From a virus (taxonomy: Duplodnaviria; Caudoviricetes), in the IMG/VR virus record IMGVR_UViG_3300033121_000493, positions 64,001 to 128,000 of that record: a DNA stretch of 64,000 bases; one strand, given 5' to 3'. Of this stretch, positions 43,797 through 54,571 are shown in pieces. Position numbers and translations under genes: made by a program. The notes below the pieces were generated by a model. That model had not been told where the DNA came from. It made no database searches and saw only the letters and a program-made list of their open reading frames with translations. Position 1 is the stretch's first letter, and each line of letters starts with the position of its first letter.

Positions 43797-46219
43797 AGGT
43801 TTCTCCTATGATAGTTTGTACTGTAGATACCAACTAATATGTGTTCCAGCCTAACGCCGTATGCGTTCATAATCGGCATAAGATCATACAGACTTACAAC
43901 ATTCTGGCGTACGTTGTTTATACAGTTAAGCCAAATGGTACAGCGTGAATCGCGATTCTGAGCGTTTAGACCATTAAAGACTAATATAGAACTATGTATG
44001 GACGCATTGTAAACCGATATAAATCGTATTTCTCGAGAACTAATCCACTGCGACATAATGGTCCACATATCCCAACAAAGAATTAAACAACGTTGTGCGC
44101 ACATTAGATGACTTGGTCATTAATTCACGCCTGCGTTTAGAGTATTGAGACATGCCATGCTCTATGTGTAGCGCCTGGTATATAAGCATACGACGGTCAA
44201 GATACAGATTTGTTCCATAAAACGCCCACTCGATGTCAAAAATAATCTCCTTACACATCCGCATCGTAGCAGTGTTTTTTTAAAAGGCGCTATTGTTTAA
44301 CCAAGATTTATACAGTCTCAGATTAAGCAGCCTAGTTACGCGCCAGATTTGCGCAGGTCCGCGAAACTGAGTAACGGTAAAGTACCCTTTAGCCACGCGA
44401 CCAGTTAGCAATTTAAACGTTTGGCATGTTTGGGCGACATCTAACCTAGTTTTAGTATAGATAACTTTAACATTCGCCCTATCATTGTACCATTCCTTAA
44501 AGTCTACTTCATAAGATGCCCACTTATCTGTCAACTGCATTTCTGGCCGCTCTACTACAGATTCGATAAATGTGTTCTCCTGCAAGTGGCATAAACTGGT
44601 CACACACAAGAAAATTGTCGCTAAGAAGAGCGAATGCGCTGTCCCATTTAACGCCCTGGCGCATATGCGATTTAAGCCGTGTACCCATCTTACTGTAAAG
44701 ATACCAAAACGTGAGTTTAGCGCAGGCCTAGCATACGGTATTTGAATACGATACAGTGTGTGCGTTAATGTGCCATTGATAGTTAACCAATCTTTTTTGC
44801 TAGAGTAATTAATTACTGCTATAAAACTAACAGAATTACTGGCGTATGCTCTGGAAAAAGCTTGCCGCACGATGTAGCACCATTGCGCACCTACCGTTTA
44901 TGCGCCGTATACGTCTTTCTGCGAAATTACTAATGCGAGGGGTTGGAAAACATTTAGGTTTAACGTTTGGCACTCTAACATAATACAACGTGTGTGTTGA
45001 CGCCATATTAATGGCTAGCCAGTTTTTTTCTTGCAAAACATTAATCGTTAAGGCTAGCAAAATAGCCTTACTGCCGAACGAACAAGGAGTGTTGCTCAAC
45101 CAGCTTTGCCTCGCAAATGTGTGCAATTCTATTGGCTACATGTGTGGTTATTATGGCGCGTATACCAGGCCGCGAACACAGCGAATATTCTTACGCATTT
45201 GCTAATTATAGAAGCGTGAACACGCTCGCCACGAACAGCTATGCGTTGCGCTAATGTACGTCTACCTAGAAACAGAACATAGCGATGTTCTCTTAAATCT
45301 GTGCGCTGCATCGTTACATTATCAACATCACGAGCGTAGACTAATACCCACCAAACAGGCATACAAACGTTCATCGTTGGTCTCTTTTCAGCTACACCTA
45401 AAAATGCGAGCGTGGTAAGTAACCAGACGCGACATTCCAACATAAACCTGGCTATGTTTACGCCATGCGCGCAGTATTGCGTGTTGATAGTCTGCCTCGT
45501 GCTCAATCAGAGTAAATGCATACCCACAAAAGCCCGCAAAGAAATACGGTATGGTTACTAATATACGCCCCTGCCATTTACGAAAATCAAAGTTAATTTC
45601 TACTGAACGTTGTATGCTACCTCGGCTGCCCATCTAAACCATCGCCTTTCGGGTATTACCCGCCTCTCCTTGGCACATACGTAGTACCAAATCTGCATGT
45701 AACTGCATTAATGCCATGCCATCAAACACAAAAGCTGGATGACGCTCGAAAAAAGAATCAAAAGCGGTGAACATACATACGTGAAAACCACCAGGCGTTA
45801 ATTCAAGCTGTTTTAAGTTGTAACCATTATCACACAGCACAGACCAGAATGAAACTTCTAGGGATGGTGTTAGCATGCGCCTGGCGTACTCATTGTGTGA
45901 CAAATATTAGTCAACGCGACACGACAGTGCTTTTATACGGGATCAAAGAACTCTACCTGAGCAAATTTCAATTATAAGCTTAGCTACAGGCCGCATAGCT
46001 ACACATACAGTGTGGTGTAAACCCGACACCTTTCGTGTAACAGCTAACCAATTAACTGAGCCAAAGGCTAAACAAACGTAGCATAGCAGCGCTGAAGACT
46101 TATTAAAGTACAAAGGTTGTATTAGACCTGACGCAATACAATGATGTAAAAAGCAAACCGATAGCGAACGGCGTCTCGCCGCGCGTTTAGGCATATAGAC
46201 CTACTAAGCGGCTAATAGC

Positions 46220-47347
46220 TCACGCCATAGTCGCCGATGGTGAATTGTACTGCGGCTGACCCCAGCCGATTCCTGTTAGCGTAGACAATATCGGATGGCG
46301 CTGGGCAAATTGCTGCTCCATAGCTGGCATAAGCCTTTCTCGTATGGCTTTCATTGCAGCCGGGTTTTTAAGGAAGTTGTCAATTTGGTTTTGCATAAAT
46401 GTAGGCGATGACATCGCGTTTCCGGCTCGCGCTGCGATCCAGTTACGCCCAATATCAGTATTAGTAGCCAGCCAGCTAGACAGTGCGCCGCCTAAAGCAG
46501 CAGAACCTGTCCACTTAGCTGCACCTCCAATATAAGGCAGAACACGTTTACCAAGAGCGCCCCAGTTAACTCCAGCATCTTTAACTTGGTACGCTTTAAT
46601 TGGAGAAGGTGACGCATATTCGCTACGTTGCTTTTGCTCTTTATACTTTTTGATATCTTCTTTTTCAGCTGTGTTACCGGCCATATTCCAGCCTGCATAA
46701 CCACCTAAAGCCGCTGACAATGTAGCCAGCGTGGCTAGCACGCCTGGAATCGTGTGCGTGAACGGGGTAGTCCAATTACCTAGTGGACTGGCGTCGGCTT
46801 GCTTTGCTTGCGCTATGGTATCTAATGATGGCTGTACTTCGCCGCGAATGTATTCGTCGGCTAGGTCATCAAGCATTGCAGCAAACTTGGTACCACGTTC
46901 AGACTTCAGGGCCGCGTCAAAAGACTTTTCAGCTGTATCCAGATCTTCATCATCTATCTTGCGCTTATGCGCTTTTACCAGTGCACCAGTTCCATACCAG
47001 CCACCTAGAGCAGGTAATAGTGCCGCAGCCAACATTGCCGGGTAGTACTTAGCCGGTAATGGATAGCTAGCTGTCGTATTCGTAGTGGATGGCACTGCGG
47101 GCGCGGACGCAGGGGCTTGTGCGGCTTTCACGCCTGTATTAAAAATGAACTCGCTAGGAGATACTTGTTCTGCTTTACGCTTAGCGTTGGTACGCTGCTG
47201 ATTGAATTTAATTACTTCCGGTATAGCCAGTACAGATCTAAGCCCAGCGCCAAGCAACAAAGAGTTTAGCGCAGTGTACTTCATGTCTTTACGGGCCAGA
47301 CTATCAAGAAACTCTTGTGCTTTATCTGGAGTTAGATTGCCGTCCAT
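46220..47347 (-). CDS. Probable virion (inner head/ejection-type) protein with K-x-A motifs and Gly-rich hydrophobic helices
   Basis: VKAAQ, TKFAA, AKQAD, VKDAG; ALGGWYG, ALGGYAG, ALGGAL. Confidence 0.55.
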   Translation of the reverse strand: MDGNLTPDKAQEFLDSLARKDMKYTALNSLLLGAGLRSVLAIPEVIKFNQQRTNAKRKAEQVSPSEFIFNTGVKAAQAPASAPAVPSTTNTTASYPLPAKYYPAMLAAALLPALGGWYGTGALVKAHKRKIDDEDLDTAEKSFDAALKSERGTKFAAMLDDLADEYIRGEVQPSLDTIAQAKQADASPLGNWTTPFTHTIPGVLATLATLSAALGGYAGWNMAGNTAEKEDIKKYKEQKQRSEYASPSPIKAYQVKDAGVNWGALGKRVLPYIGGAAKWTGSAALGGALSSWLATNTDIGRNWIAARAGNAMSSPTFMQNQIDNFLKNPAAMKAIRERLMPAMEQQFAQRHPILSTLTGIGWGQPQYNSPSATMA

Positions 47348-47349
47348 AG

Positions 47350-47742
47350 TTATTTTCTCGCATAAGTAGGTGGTACTTCAACCTGCGCTGCGTCATATTT
47401 TACAAAGTCTATCCACTCTATGTAAACCTTCCAGTTACCATTATGACATTTTCTGTCTATAAACACAATAGCTGACTTACCACTAGTGGCATTCGTGTAT
47501 AGAGTAGAAACTAACTTTGTGTACTCATCAAGGTCTTTTTGGACAGCCAGATTAAACACAGCGGCGTGAAACACGCCACCTTTTTTTACGTTAGATTTTT
47601 CACCATTTCTATATAGCGGAGGACGCGCGCCTATAAATGGAGCGTCATTATCTCTGTTGAATACTTTTAGACCATTTTGATCTGGATGGTCCTGTCCAGA
47701 CATTATACGAATGATCTCATCATAACTGATCTGTCTGCTCAT
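47350..47742 (-). CDS. Hypothetical protein
   Basis: 130 aa, coupled to neighbouring genes. Confidence 0.6.
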   Translation of the reverse strand: MSRQISYDEIIRIMSGQDHPDQNGLKVFNRDNDAPFIGARPPLYRNGEKSNVKKGGVFHAAVFNLAVQKDLDEYTKLVSTLYTNATSGKSAIVFIDRKCHNGNWKVYIEWIDFVKYDAAQVEVPPTYARK

Positions 47743-49315
47743 CTGTTATACCGCTTCTTCTACGGATGTCAGCCGTCATTTGTCTATAGTAATCAGCTAA
47801 ATCTCGTTTACGTAAATCGTCAACATTATCAGACGTTACGGATAAGCCTTTTCTAGTTAAGCTGCCTAATCCAGCCCCAGCTATAAATGGGATTCCTAGT
47901 AGCGTAGCTATAGCCGTTGGACCTAATTTTGACAAACCCAACCCGCTGGCAATAGCGGCTGTAGTCATTTCACCAGATGTTGGTAAGGCTGCTGTGCCAG
48001 CTAGATTAGTAGCAGCAGCTGGTAGCGCTACAGCAGGATTAGCTTGCTTAGTAATCAGTTCATCTAAACTATCTGGCGTGTACCCTAGCTCTGCCATCTT
48101 AGTCAAAAATCCAACTTTAAATGCTTGCTTGCTATCCACGTTAGCGCCTTTCATAAATCCTTTTAAAGCTGAATATATTGTAGCTGCGCCTAGGGCTGTG
48201 TTCTTGAACCAACTAGGCGCGCCTAGCGCGCTAGACACAGCGTAAGCTGCACCGACGGTAGGAATAGCGTTACCTATTACATCAGGCAACGCAGATAGTA
48301 ACGAGCCCGGACTCGCGCCACCAGTAAGGCCGACACCTTGTTCATGCCCGGCCTGGGCTATCAGCTGCTTCATCTTAACCCGTTCCATCAGATTAGGATA
48401 CGGATTACGCTCAATCTCATCCATCGCAGTTGACACAGAAAAGCTAGGTCGCCAAAGCTGGTCGTTATAGCCATCTGCTTTCTTTGTCAACACATCAGGT
48501 AAATGTACCGGCGTGGCTGCAGGTAATTGAAACTCTGGCTGCGGCAGAGAATGCAACATCTGTGAGCGCCAATCAGAAAAGTTACGTACAGCTGGCGTAT
48601 TAAAGTAACCGCCATATAGCTTTTTGTGAACAGACGATTGCAGTAACCCTGGCAAACTTCCCAGCAGAATGCCAGCTAACGTCATAGTGGTACGCGATCT
48701 GGATGGGTCAAAGCCAAGACGCTCTAGAATAGGGCTACCTATAAATCTACCGCCCAGTCCGCCTAGCGCGCTACCGACACCCAATGTAACACCAGGCTGC
48801 TGAAACATACTATTAGCTTTCTTTTCAGCTAGTTCTATTGGGGTCTTGCTGCCGTCAGTAGAGCAGAAGGACAAATCAGTACACGAAAACTTAACGCCAG
48901 ATAACTTATCGTTACCAGCGTATGCTTGTCCTCTATCTTTTTTTACGTAAGCAAGTGTCACGTGAGGTACAAACCTTTTGCGCGTATCCACAACGTCTGT
49001 TTTATCCCGTACAGCATCTCGCAATCTTGAAAGACCGTCGCCGGTTACTGATACAAAAACCACATCGCCATCGTCATTAGAAAAGTAGTCAGTACTACCT
49101 AACTCCACATCACAACCGTACTGGTCTTGTAACGCAGCCTGTACACTGGCTACGTCATTATCCTTTATGCCGTACTGTACAGTTACATGGGGTTGTTTCT
49201 CAAATTCAACCACATCATCCTTATTGATAATCTGTAAAGCTAAATTGACAACGCGTTCAGCTATATCGCTGGGTAGGTCTAACTGAACAGAGCAGTACTT
49301 ATACGTATCAGACAT
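47720..49315 (-). CDS. 2H phosphoesterase domain fused to a K-x-A/Gly-zipper putative virion domain
   Basis: PHVTVQYG and PHVTLAYV (two HxT motifs) in the first ~165 aa; EKKAN, TKKAD, MKGAN, TKQAN downstream. Confidence 0.8.
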   Translation of the reverse strand: MSDTYKYCSVQLDLPSDIAERVVNLALQIINKDDVVEFEKQPHVTVQYGIKDNDVASVQAALQDQYGCDVELGSTDYFSNDDGDVVFVSVTGDGLSRLRDAVRDKTDVVDTRKRFVPHVTLAYVKKDRGQAYAGNDKLSGVKFSCTDLSFCSTDGSKTPIELAEKKANSMFQQPGVTLGVGSALGGLGGRFIGSPILERLGFDPSRSRTTMTLAGILLGSLPGLLQSSVHKKLYGGYFNTPAVRNFSDWRSQMLHSLPQPEFQLPAATPVHLPDVLTKKADGYNDQLWRPSFSVSTAMDEIERNPYPNLMERVKMKQLIAQAGHEQGVGLTGGASPGSLLSALPDVIGNAIPTVGAAYAVSSALGAPSWFKNTALGAATIYSALKGFMKGANVDSKQAFKVGFLTKMAELGYTPDSLDELITKQANPAVALPAAATNLAGTAALPTSGEMTTAAIASGLGLSKLGPTAIATLLGIPFIAGAGLGSLTRKGLSVTSDNVDDLRKRDLADYYRQMTADIRRRSGITDEQTDQL

Positions 49316-49323
49316 AGTTACGC

Positions 49324-49830
49324 CTAGGCAAAAGGATTATGGCTAAACGTAGACGAATCAGTTAAGCGTGGCATTAACGACGCTCTTAGATAGGGATTTG
49401 TTAATGCTGTCTCTGGGCTAGCGCCAGGAGTACGCAAATATCTAGCCATATTAGGCGAGTATTGAGCTACAGTACCAGCTGCTTCTGCCATAGTTGGTGC
49501 TTTAGGAGCAAAGTGATCCAGAGCCGCAATGGCTGCACCTGTGCCTAGCGTAAACTTAGGAAAGCGATAAGCCCAATAAGCAGAACTTACTGGATCAAGG
49601 CCAAACCCAAAATTCGACAGCATCGCTGCGTTATCTGTAAATCTAGTTGAAGGCATAAATTTCGGTAGAAGCGTTTCTGTTTTATCGCCAAAGCTAAACA
49701 GCCGCTTAGCAAAATTGCCAACGTACGGCGATACTTTATTCCATAGAGGCTTAGCCGCTTGGCCAATGGCACCAATGCCTTCGCTTACAACATTAGCACG
49801 TTTAGCTATTAGCTCATTTAAAGTGTTCAT
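49324..49830 (-). CDS. Hypothetical K-x-A protein
   Basis: MNTLNELIAKRANV. Confidence 0.55.
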   Translation of the reverse strand: MNTLNELIAKRANVVSEGIGAIGQAAKPLWNKVSPYVGNFAKRLFSFGDKTETLLPKFMPSTRFTDNAAMLSNFGFGLDPVSSAYWAYRFPKFTLGTGAAIAALDHFAPKAPTMAEAAGTVAQYSPNMARYLRTPGASPETALTNPYLRASLMPRLTDSSTFSHNPFA

Positions 49831-50126
49831 TTACTGCCTCTAAGCTTAGTGATAAGCTCATTTAGTCTGCTGTGCCGCTGGCTAGCAAGCTTTTCCAACC
49901 GGCTTATTATAGCCGGTGCTAACAAAGAAATCATAGCAAAAGCCGCCTCTTTCTTCACGTGCTGCGGCAAATCTGTGTGCTTAGTTGTGGCAAAATCTTT
50001 TGCATCCTGCTTAGACATAGACGATGCGGCTCGCTGCACTTCCGGCGAAGGATCTTTAAGCTTACCTTTTTGGGCCGCGCGTACCATACCCATAAAGCGT
50101 TGTTGAGCTACTGATTTAGCTGGCAT
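49827..50126 (-). CDS. DUF3008-like small basic protein
   Basis: MPAKSVAQQRFMG...MSKQDAKDFATTKHTDLP. Confidence 0.7.
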   Translation of the reverse strand: MPAKSVAQQRFMGMVRAAQKGKLKDPSPEVQRAASSMSKQDAKDFATTKHTDLPQHVKKEAAFAMISLLAPAIISRLEKLASQRHSRLNELITKLRGSK

Positions 50127-50136
50127 ATATAGATCC

Positions 50137-50694
50137 TTAGAAAGTAGTTCTGCTATTATTATGGTCTAGAAACGAATTTTGTAGATGAGCCTTAGTACCG
50201 TAATAAATCGTTTCTGGTATGGCCTTTAGTGTGTCCCAGCCGAGGCTTAGTACACTGGGACCACCAATCGTATTATTTTTTAACTGCTCCAATCCGATAC
50301 CGGCACCTAACTGAGCTCCAATGCCGCCAGGGACGGCAAAGCCAGCAGTATCTAAAAGCGATTGCGTAAACCGCTTATACCACGGCTGACTAGAGTACTG
50401 ATCCAAGCTATCAAACTTGCGCATATTCAATTTTGATTGATTAGCAGCCTGAGTTTTGTTAATAAGGTTTTGAGAACCATAACTCAACTGTGATCCTAGT
50501 GACCCAACGCCAAACCCATCTGTACCAAAAAAAGCTACTTTAGGTATTGGTGGCGCTGCCGGTTTACGTCGGCCAAGTGCCCACGGAGTTATTTTGTTGT
50601 TCAACAAGACTTTAGCGATCTGCCCCACATCTGGCTTATCAGAGTGCAGAACAGACGTATCAGCCGCTTGTTTGATAAGGGTTAATAGTGTCAT
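50137..50694 (-). CDS. Hypothetical K-x-A protein
   Basis: LIKQAAD, PKVAFF, GGIGAQLGAGIG. Confidence 0.55.
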   Translation of the reverse strand: MTLLTLIKQAADTSVLHSDKPDVGQIAKVLLNNKITPWALGRRKPAAPPIPKVAFFGTDGFGVGSLGSQLSYGSQNLINKTQAANQSKLNMRKFDSLDQYSSQPWYKRFTQSLLDTAGFAVPGGIGAQLGAGIGLEQLKNNTIGGPSVLSLGWDTLKAIPETIYYGTKAHLQNSFLDHNNSRTTF

Positions 50695-50732
50695 AGCCTG
50701 TAGTATAAATCTTCTGGCGTAGTTATCAAAAT

Positions 50733-51600
50733 CTAGAATCTCAACACTGTCATCATGCGGTCGTATAAACGCCGATAGTATAGAGATAAACTTCTGCGAT
50801 AACTGTACAGCTGGTCCGAAAAAGTAAATAGTGACATAAGCGACAACGAACGGGCAAAGTATATTTCTTTCGATTCATGTATACGGTTACTGTTGGTGTT
50901 GTAGTCAATACTTATGCGTATGTAGTTATCCGAATAGCGCTTATCGATTGTCATCGGCTAAAGAATTGCCTTTTTATCATGTAAACTACATGTTCTAAGC
51001 GATAATGAGCTCGTCGTGTAATTTGGCTAAATTGGATTGACTTAATGCGCATAAATCTTTGCGGGTAAAACCTTACACTTTGAGACCTACGATCTGTACG
51101 ACGAGCTACGCGTTTATTTCGTTGATCAAAATTTATAGTTACGCTAATGCCATATCTACCGTTTACGAGTTTAATCATAATTAGAAGTCGCCACGATACC
51201 TGTAGAATAGGCGCTGCAAAATACGCACCATAGACCAATGAACGCGAATAGGCATACCTCCACGCGCGCCAATAAACTGTATACGTTTCCGAGATCGACG
51301 CATCTGTGGATAAAATTGTACTTCTTTAGATTTACGAGGCTTAGGTAGGCTATTACAATTCACAGTCGTATAAATATTGTAAGCGGAGCACGTTGTTTTA
51401 AGCATTTTTAACCAAAAAGATAAGAGTTGAGTTAAACGCAGTTTTTTGCAGCGTCACTAGTTGCCAAACAAGCGGTGCTGTATATCGAGTAATAATAAGA
51501 CGTGTGGCTACAAACATATTAAAATCAGTGTTACTGTTTGTAGTGATTACATCTTTAGATCTAGACTCAGTATGTTCAGTCGTGATAGACTTCGTGTTAC
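50733..51600 (-). other. Microprotein array block (4 related ORFs with an internal S-x-[ES]-[VI]-x-F motif)
   Basis: ESKEIYF, RSQSVRFYPQ, KSKEVQFYPQ, RSKDVI. Confidence 0.6.
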
Positions 51601-53408
51601 TGGCCTCCGGCCATTTGCTGCAGCACTTGCTCTTGTCCAATGCTGCGCGCTTGTGTTCTGAGATTTGACAATTTTTGTTTAACCACGGCGTGCAGCGTCT
51701 CGTCTTGTTGCTTAATAGCAGACAGCTGACGTCTACGCTCACCTTCAGGAATTACTGATAACTGCTGGGCGATCTGATCAGCTTGGCCCAACACATCAGC
51801 TGGTGTTACTCCACCGCCCTGAGCACTACCTGGAGCCCCCATACCACCACCAGCCCCACCACCTGGGGCCACTGGAGCACCGCCTGGTGGCATCATACCG
51901 CCCTGCATAACTTGATTAGTTTCTGCTAGACGTTTATCCATTTCCTGCTGCTGCTGTTGCTCGCGCTGCATCTTAGTTGTTTCATCGCGGAGCATGCGCT
52001 GCTCGTCAAACATACGACGAATCTCTTCGCGAACATCGATACCAAACGGACTCAATGCTGTGGTATCAGATATCTTTTGCGCTGCAGCAAGCTGTAATCT
52101 AACAACGCGCGCTTCCATATCGTCTGCGCGTGAAATAGGTGTCAGCCGAGCTCTAGCTGGCTCCCAGTTGAGTGACGCTGCAAGAATACCCATAAGCCAA
52201 TTTAAAAATTTGTTAAGCGCAGCAATTAAATGCGGCCACGTAGATTCAAATAATCTTAGCGCAGCTGGAAGAGCTTGTAGTTGCAGCGATCCCTTATATA
52301 GATCCGCTGGAACACCGCACGAATTTAGCAACTCATCTAGCCCTAACGTTAGCAAATCACTGGGAGCGAGCTCTCTACCTTCACCGCTTAGGGCTTGATA
52401 CTCTATTGGAAACGGCAAAACGTGAACGCTGAGCGGGTCAATACGGTGTTCACGAATCATAGTTTCAACAAAATTACCAAAGTCGCCTAAGTTGGCCTGT
52501 AGCAACGGATCAATCTTATCAGCGCCACGTGGACCACCTGGCGTTATAACGCGCCAAGGCACAATATAGTCTAATGCCAAAGCTTCATTATACCTCTTAA
52601 GTACTTGTACATAAAAGGCTTGTCTAAAGTTAGACATAGCTCGTGGAATACCCCAGCCTCTATTTTCAAACCCAGCTAAAGTATCCTCACGCATGTGATG
52701 TATCATGTCATCAAAAAACGCGAACAAAGTGTTATCATACGCGGCTCTTATGAGCTCATCTGGCATATTCTGAATGTAGAAAGGCGTACCTAATTGTACG
52801 TGTCTACGCATATCCCCAGTAGGACGCAGCAGGTATTCTGCTGTATGGGAAATAGGGTGAAACATTAACTGAATGTTGTGCGGGTTCCACCGAACAATCT
52901 TAAACTTGTCGTGCTCCATAGTAGAACGGTCGATTGATTCGAGCTCGCCGGTGGCTTTGCACTTTTGACATTTACCGTAGTATTTCAACTGCTTAAAAGT
53001 ATAGATTACTTTATCAATAGGCTGCTCGAACCTACACGACTTACAGCTTAGATACCGACGAAACGGTATGTATGGGCTACTAAACGAGTTACCATAAAAC
53101 AAAAAGTCAAGAGCGACTGAACGCAACAATGACGTAATGTCTAGACTATCGTTCAAAAACTCTTTGTACTTTTTCTTTACACCGTCAGGCACATCCAATA
53201 TTTCAACTTCTGTTAGAAAGTATGAGCATACTCGCTCCATAGCCATACGATAAGTGCCGTTGCCAGACCACAGCATTTCGCACATGGTCAGCATAGAACT
53301 TATGTTGTTGGGAGCGTATAGCGAGCCCTGGTCAAAGAACGGGTTACCAAACCACTGCGTAGGCTGCGACCCGCCAATGCCTAGAGACGAATTTGGAGAT
53401 TCTGACAT
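51597..53408 (-). CDS. Probable portal protein with zinc-ribbon insertion
   Basis: 603 aa; DFLFYGNSF, RWNP, HMRE...GWGIP, GVPADL and a Q/G/P-rich tail resemble portal architecture; CKSC...CQKC insert. Confidence 0.55.
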   Translation of the reverse strand: MSESPNSSLGIGGSQPTQWFGNPFFDQGSLYAPNNISSMLTMCEMLWSGNGTYRMAMERVCSYFLTEVEILDVPDGVKKKYKEFLNDSLDITSLLRSVALDFLFYGNSFSSPYIPFRRYLSCKSCRFEQPIDKVIYTFKQLKYYGKCQKCKATGELESIDRSTMEHDKFKIVRWNPHNIQLMFHPISHTAEYLLRPTGDMRRHVQLGTPFYIQNMPDELIRAAYDNTLFAFFDDMIHHMREDTLAGFENRGWGIPRAMSNFRQAFYVQVLKRYNEALALDYIVPWRVITPGGPRGADKIDPLLQANLGDFGNFVETMIREHRIDPLSVHVLPFPIEYQALSGEGRELAPSDLLTLGLDELLNSCGVPADLYKGSLQLQALPAALRLFESTWPHLIAALNKFLNWLMGILAASLNWEPARARLTPISRADDMEARVVRLQLAAAQKISDTTALSPFGIDVREEIRRMFDEQRMLRDETTKMQREQQQQQEMDKRLAETNQVMQGGMMPPGGAPVAPGGGAGGGMGAPGSAQGGGVTPADVLGQADQIAQQLSVIPEGERRRQLSAIKQQDETLHAVVKQKLSNLRTQARSIGQEQVLQQMAGGQ

Positions 53409-53461
53409 ATGTAACTCTTCTACGTGTAGCTATAAAAAGAGTAGTATACACTACCAGCGTA

Positions 53462-54100
53462 CTAATTGTCAGCTGATAGCTTAGCGAATGATACCGTCTT
53501 TATACAAACAGTGGGGATTTCTACACTTACACCGCAGTGTTTTACTTTGTGTTCGGCATTACTGCCATCGCTTAAAAGAATAACTAGAGTGAAATCGCTG
53601 CCTATGGGCGGCTCAAAGTGTAAGTCATCGTCGCCAACTGTGGTGGAGAACACCAGCGTTATAAGATTGTCGTCGGCAATAACATCAGCCGGACGCGTTT
53701 TAAACTTACCAAAGTCACCAACCATAGTAACTTGCATAGGGCGGTCAGCATACTTTGGAAATGGCGTACCACTAGAAGTAGTTTCTTCTCTAACTACTAC
53801 CGGCGGCAGCACTGGCTGCGTGGCTACTACTGAACGTTTAGTGGCTGCTGTCTTTTTTTTAGCGCTGTTTTGTGGCGAAGGCGATTCAGACTCGGCCGAT
53901 ATAGTCGTAGACTGACCGATGGTCTGTAGCGGAATAGTGATTATGCCATTTGCCGAATTCATATCTGGCCTACCACCTTCTGAATCTTTATACGAACTAG
54001 GTATTACGGTCATACCTTGTTCGTGGTCTCTGTAATACTGGTTATTACGCTCTACGCCTTCAGCGCCTAACAGTGAACTTAGATCTTTCGCCGCTTTCAT
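53462..54100 (-). CDS. Hypothetical protein
   Basis: 212 aa, GAGG RBS. Confidence 0.6.
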   Translation of the reverse strand: MKAAKDLSSLLGAEGVERNNQYYRDHEQGMTVIPSSYKDSEGGRPDMNSANGIITIPLQTIGQSTTISAESESPSPQNSAKKKTAATKRSVVATQPVLPPVVVREETTSSGTPFPKYADRPMQVTMVGDFGKFKTRPADVIADDNLITLVFSTTVGDDDLHFEPPIGSDFTLVILLSDGSNAEHKVKHCGVSVEIPTVCIKTVSFAKLSADN

Positions 54101-54300
54101 ATTTACCTCAATCGTGTAGCGCGCTACAGTCTATGATCCCTAAAAATTTGCCAACTGTTTAATCGTAGTTTTGCCCACTCGGGCTTGTGACAGTAACTAG
54201 TATAGTGTCAGCCTGATTTGCTTCAAATAGGAAGCGTACAGGAGATACCATACTAGTTACTATACTCTACCACGCTGAATACGTCCAGCTGGCTACATAC

Positions 54301-54373
<73 letters not shown>

Positions 54374-54376
54374 GTA

Positions 54377-54430
54377 CCACACTGCGCGTAAACCACAGAG
54401 CCATTACTGGCAGGGAAAAGCACGGTGTGG
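54377..54430 (-). ncRNA. Candidate small structured RNA, copy 1
   Basis: Outer stem CCACACCGTGC/GCGCAGTGTGG enclosing GCCA-GTAA-TGGC. Confidence 0.45.
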
Positions 54431-54433
54431 AAA

Positions 54434-54506
54434 TAGGAGTGGGTGGAATCGAACCACCGACCTAGACTTTATAAGAATCTTGCTCTTACCACTGAGCTAC
54501 ACTCCC
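54434..54506 (-). tRNA. tRNA-Ile(UAU)
   Basis: AGATT-CTTATAA-AGTCT, A73. Confidence 0.88.
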
Positions 54507-54507
54507 A

Positions 54508-54569
54508 TTCATACCGCGCGTAGCGGGAAAAGGCCATTACTGGCCGCGACGTTGAATGCGCAGTATGAA
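54508..54569 (-). ncRNA. Candidate small structured RNA, copy 2
   Basis: Outer stem TTCATACTGCGC/GCGCGGTATGAA enclosing GGCCA-GTAA-TGGCC. Confidence 0.45.
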
Positions 54570-54571
54570 CA

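Larger units (their letters stand above)
37299..46194 (-). other. Accessory region of short ORFs, including about 17 further microprotein-family members
   Basis: SYEIEV (37492), SRDVEF (38401), SGDISF (38649), SNEIVF (39906), SLCVYF (42089), SREIRF (43793), CKEIIF (44040), SNSVSF+SYEVDF (44280), SVEINF (45388), SLEVSF (45634), SLSVCF (45943). Confidence 0.65.

Noticed and set aside
15502-46194. Stop-codon recoding as the cause of the many short ORFs
   Set aside because: Long genes are intact in the standard code, the short ORFs end in all three stops and switch frame, each restarts with its own motif, and there is no suppressor tRNA (the UAG and UAA anticodons read Leu codons)
54374-54571. 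tRNA-associated HDV-like (theta) ribozymes
   Set aside because: The elements are nested stem-loops, and I could not build the HDV double pseudoknot by eye; an Infernal search would settle it
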